A DNA stretch of 64,000 bases from Dimorphilus gyrociliatus (taxonomy: Eukaryota > Animalia > Annelida): assembly GCA_904063045.1 (NCBI GenBank), contig CAJFCJ010000019.1, forward strand, positions 1,311,650-1,375,649. The letters run 5' to 3'. The position numbers were made by a program, and so were the translations under genes. Shown here in pieces: positions 60,467 through 64,000 of the stretch. The notes beneath the pieces were generated by a model that was not told the DNA's origin, made no database searches, and saw only the letters and a list, made by a program, of their open reading frames with translations. Position 1 is the stretch's first letter; every line of letters begins with the position of its first letter.

Positions 60467-62948
60467 TTATCGAAATGTAAAAGTGCGTCCAAAAGTATTT
60501 GCAAACTTGTCTTTATGCTTTTTCATATCGATAGTGTCTAATAATTCACCGACCCTTTTAATAGCTGATCTGAAAGTAGTTGCGTTACATTATCTGCATT
60601 CTATTCAAAAAAATAATTCTTACTTATGTAATAACTTTTTTTTCAATCTATCGCGTGATGTATTTTTTATTTTATCTATATTTGTCAGTTGTGTATCTTT
60701 CTGTTTTCCTCTTTTCTTTTTTTTCATAAGTGAGACGCCTTTAGCTGCTTCAATTTCTCTCAGTAATTCTTCATCCTCCCATGGATTCTTTTCTTTCTTC
60801 TTGATTTCTGAACATTAAAGATTATTTATCGAAATTATACTCAGAGAATGATTTTACCTTTACTCTCGTCTATATAACCTTCAGCAGCAACACCGAATTC
60901 ATTTCTAGGTATTATTGTTCCATGAAAAGGACACTGAAAAAAGTAATATTGTAAACAATGGTATAATGGAAATGCCATTTTACCTTTTTTTTATCCATCC
61001 TCTCGCAAAGTGATCCATTTGGCATTAGAGCTCTACATTTCCATTTAGCAAGTTCTCTTTTGCCAACATAATTTATTACTCTCGAAGAATATGACGCCAA
61101 GGCGTTCTATGAAATTAATTTTATTTGTACATAGAACTAGATAATAAGTTTACCTTGTCAATTTTATCTTCATTATCAATATCTTTCTTTGTATAGAAAC
61201 GATGTTCAAGATCATAATTAGGCAATAAAGGAACTTCAATTTTAGATCCCCAATTCAAGAGATCATTTCCAAAAGGTACAATTGGAGCAATTTCTTTTAA
61301 TTTTTTGGTCCGACCAGATATTGCAGATTTGCTGTCTTGAGATGAAGATTGATTGTATGATTCAGTATTTTTTTCAAATTTTTTTTCTATCGCCTTAACT
61401 GCTGCTTGATATGATGCTGGATCTTCTTCACTATTTTCTTGCAAGACAGACCAACTACCAGTAGGCTTTGCCTTTCTTATATTTTTTTTCTTAATCCCAT
61501 ATTCTTCATGTAATTCCTCGGGAATATTTGCTTCATAGCCTTCTTTTTCAGGCACTTCTTCAAAATCAGATTCTTCATCTGAATCTTGTGTATCTATAGT
61601 TTTCGTTTTCTTTTTTTTCTCTATTTGAAGATGCTGGAACTTATCTTTTGCTTTTGTCATATACGCTTTCATATCAATAGCTCTCTTTATATTATCTTCT
61701 TCACTTCCATATTTTGTGAGAATCTATGGTGAAAATATAGCAAAATTTTATTTCTAAAATAGATTATCGCTCGGTTTACAAACTTCAAGCCATTTATTAA
61801 TTTTTGGAACATATCTTGCATCAATGAGTCGAACTTGATCTTCTAAACTGTTGATTATGTCTTTGTTATCATCAGTTTCAGTAACGTTCACAGTGTCTGG
61901 TATTGAACATGTAATAGGCGTAAAGTTTCTATACCAAGGTTGTTGTTGAAATAATTGCTCGGATTCTGAAATATTATTTCTTTGTGCAAACTCATATTTG
62001 TACTTTAAATAATAATTTAAACCTGATTCTGAATCCTCTGATTGGCGTCCGTCTTTGTCATTACTGTCACTATCAATATCTTTGTCCTGAGTAGGCTCTT
62101 CACGAATAATATCGAAAAAGTTAACGGAGGGTATAAGAAGGTCAAAACAGTTTTGTATTTGAATTAAACAATTCCTCATCTCCTCTGCTATTTCTAAGTT
62201 TTTTGTTAACACCAACATATTTAATATCATTTTATACAATTATATTAAATTATAGTTACCAATCATTTCTTCCTGAATTTCTTCCAACCTCTTCTTCTGA
62301 AAGCTTTCTTTCCTCCTTTGCTCTTCTTCGAGTCTACGTCTTTCCGCTTGCGTTCTTATAGCTTCACTTTCAAAATCAACTTTATTAGAACTTTTTAGAT
62401 AATGATACGCAATTGATAGCTTTTTATAATGGCCAGCATATTTATTTTTCCAATGCTCTATTAATGAAACAGTTTCCTTTTTAAGAGTAGCAGCAGCCTC
62501 TTTTGGTAAAGGTAGAGGATATTGCGGGTCGATTTCTTTTAAAGGAATTTAATATTTGTTAGAGCATTGGGCGTAAAAATTATGCATCATTTTACCCAAA
62601 GTAAAGTTTATAAACTCCTGAAAGTCGTCAAGGAGTAAATTTCGAAAACAATGAGATCTTTCAAATAGCTCTTTTATGAGACGCAATGATGCTAAGCGGA
62701 CTTCACAATGGTCTTTTTTTAACTGTTCATAAATTTGTACATAGGCTAATTCTACAAATTGAACCGAACTCCTGCAATTAGAATTGTAACTGATTGTACA
62801 AGAAATGACTGTGATTACGAAATATCACAAACTTGCAAATAGTTTTCAGTTCTCCAAATAATTTTGGGTCAATATTTCCCTTATTTGAGGTTACAATCTT
62901 TTCAATTAACTGAGAAATGTCTTTTCGTTTTTCCTCTTCATCAGACAT
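60467..62948 (-). CDS. UVSSA: UV-stimulated scaffold protein A (transcription-coupled NER), multi-exon
   Basis: VHS-like N-terminus (LKKDHCEVRLASLRLIKELFERSHCFR, LPLPKEAA, IAYHYL); IQNCFDLLIP; IAPIVPFGNDLLNWG; C-terminal [25 protein letters not shown] zinc-binding motif. Confidence 0.9.
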
Positions 62949-63240
62949 ATTCGTTCTCTGAAGATGTTTAGATTTCGAGTTTCTTTCTGCTAAATGATAT
63001 CCTTCACCTTCAGCAATACCGCACCGAATTTAACGATCATGAATGGCGCAGTATAATCGCTTGAAGAATAACTTTAGAAAGATTTTTATTTTTTTTTCGT
63101 ATTCAAATTGCTATATATTAGGAAAAAATATTCAAATAATTCATTATTTAAATTGAGTTTGTACTAAAATAACTGTCGCTACGACATCACTTCCGCTTCT
63201 GACTTCTTAGTTGTAGCACATAAATTTATTTTAAAATAAA

Positions 63241-64000
63241 ATGGTAAGTAAGCTGATTAATTTTGTTTGAACCCCAAAAATAGTTTATTATGGTACATAG
63301 TCATAAAAGAATGATAAAATTCAAACTTTTATGTCTTAATATCTGATAGATCACAGAATTCGTCTAGATCGACATTGTTAGGCCGGTTTCGCCATCTTGA
63401 AAATCTTATCAACATTAATTGAATTTAAAAACCGGTCTAGTTAGATATAGTAGAAGCTTTTTAATCTTAGGAAACGTGACGAGGTTACTCGATGATAAAA
63501 CTGAATCGAAATATCTTTTCATTTTTAGCGTTTGATCTTTGTAAATTGATATCTGATTAATAATACCAATGAAAGATATAGGTACTTGAGCATTATTAAT
63601 GTTATATTATTTAAATACAACAGAATTGTTCCCTTTATGAAAGTGGCACTTTACATTGTACCTGGGAATAGCATATTATAACTGAAAATTTGAGCATTTA
63701 TTCTTTGTTCTCTTTCACCTGTACTAAAAAATATAATCATTTAAACAGAGTCCACCCCCTCAAAACGACACGAAGTTTAAAATATTTATAGGTGGAACAA
63801 CACCTGATACAGATGAAGAAGTGCTGAAAGAACATTTTTCACAATATGGAACAATAGTTGATTGTGTAATTATGAAGCACCCACAAACCAACAGGTATGT
63901 CATTCTTATTATAACAATTTCCCAAAAAACAAAGCTTTATTATATTTCAGGCCTAGAGGATTCGGTTTTGTCTCATTCTCCAATCAGGAAGAAGTTGATA
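63241..64000 (+). CDS. RRM protein of the hnRNP A/B-Musashi-DAZAP1 type, 3' end outside window; exons 63241-63243, 63749-63894, 63951->64000
   Basis: ATG|GTAAGT first exon spliced to SPPPQNDTKF-KIFIGG (RNP2) and RPRGFGFVSF (RNP1). ETS-like CACTTCCG lies upstream at 63188-63195. Confidence 0.85.

Noticed and set aside
1-64000. CRISPR arrays, rRNA, tRNA, or transposase/reverse-transcriptase ORFs
   Set aside because: None seen. The window is eukaryotic, and its only repeats are microsatellites, one short coding repeat and the P450 paralogues.

Overview
Eukaryotic, AT-rich, very gene-dense animal DNA with mostly 50-80 bp introns. This architecture is consistent with a miniaturised invertebrate genome such as the annelid Dimorphilus, but that is inference only. 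I reconstructed 24 protein-coding loci by hand by joining ORF fragments across splice sites. In order they are: PTGES2, a fibrinogen-related protein, Smaug/SAMD4, RABL6, a dipeptidase, three clan-2-like cytochrome P450s plus one P450 pseudogene, an MFSD4-like transporter, a TLC-domain protein, an orphan coiled-coil gene, MGAT5, ATP2C1, a second orphan, NAGLU, ZWILCH, DDX10, TRAPPC11, ERCC2/XPD, a BUB1/BubR1 (MadBub) gene, TSNAX, UVSSA and the start of an hnRNP A/B-type RRM gene. The most notable observations are: (1) the ERCC2 and BUB1 stop codons overlap in one TTAA palindrome; (2) a candidate box C/D sno/scaRNA lies in an ERCC2 intron with a possible U4-complementary guide; (3) four MiT/TFE-type E-boxes are packed into the 95-bp gap upstream of lysosomal NAGLU; (4) the P450 array is a mosaic that looks gene-converted, differs mainly at substrate-recognition sites, and lacks the conserved I-helix acid; (5) ERCC2 has a GC-AG intron; (6) intron density switches sharply at about 35.8 kb. 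All homology calls come from recognising motifs by eye, not from database searches.
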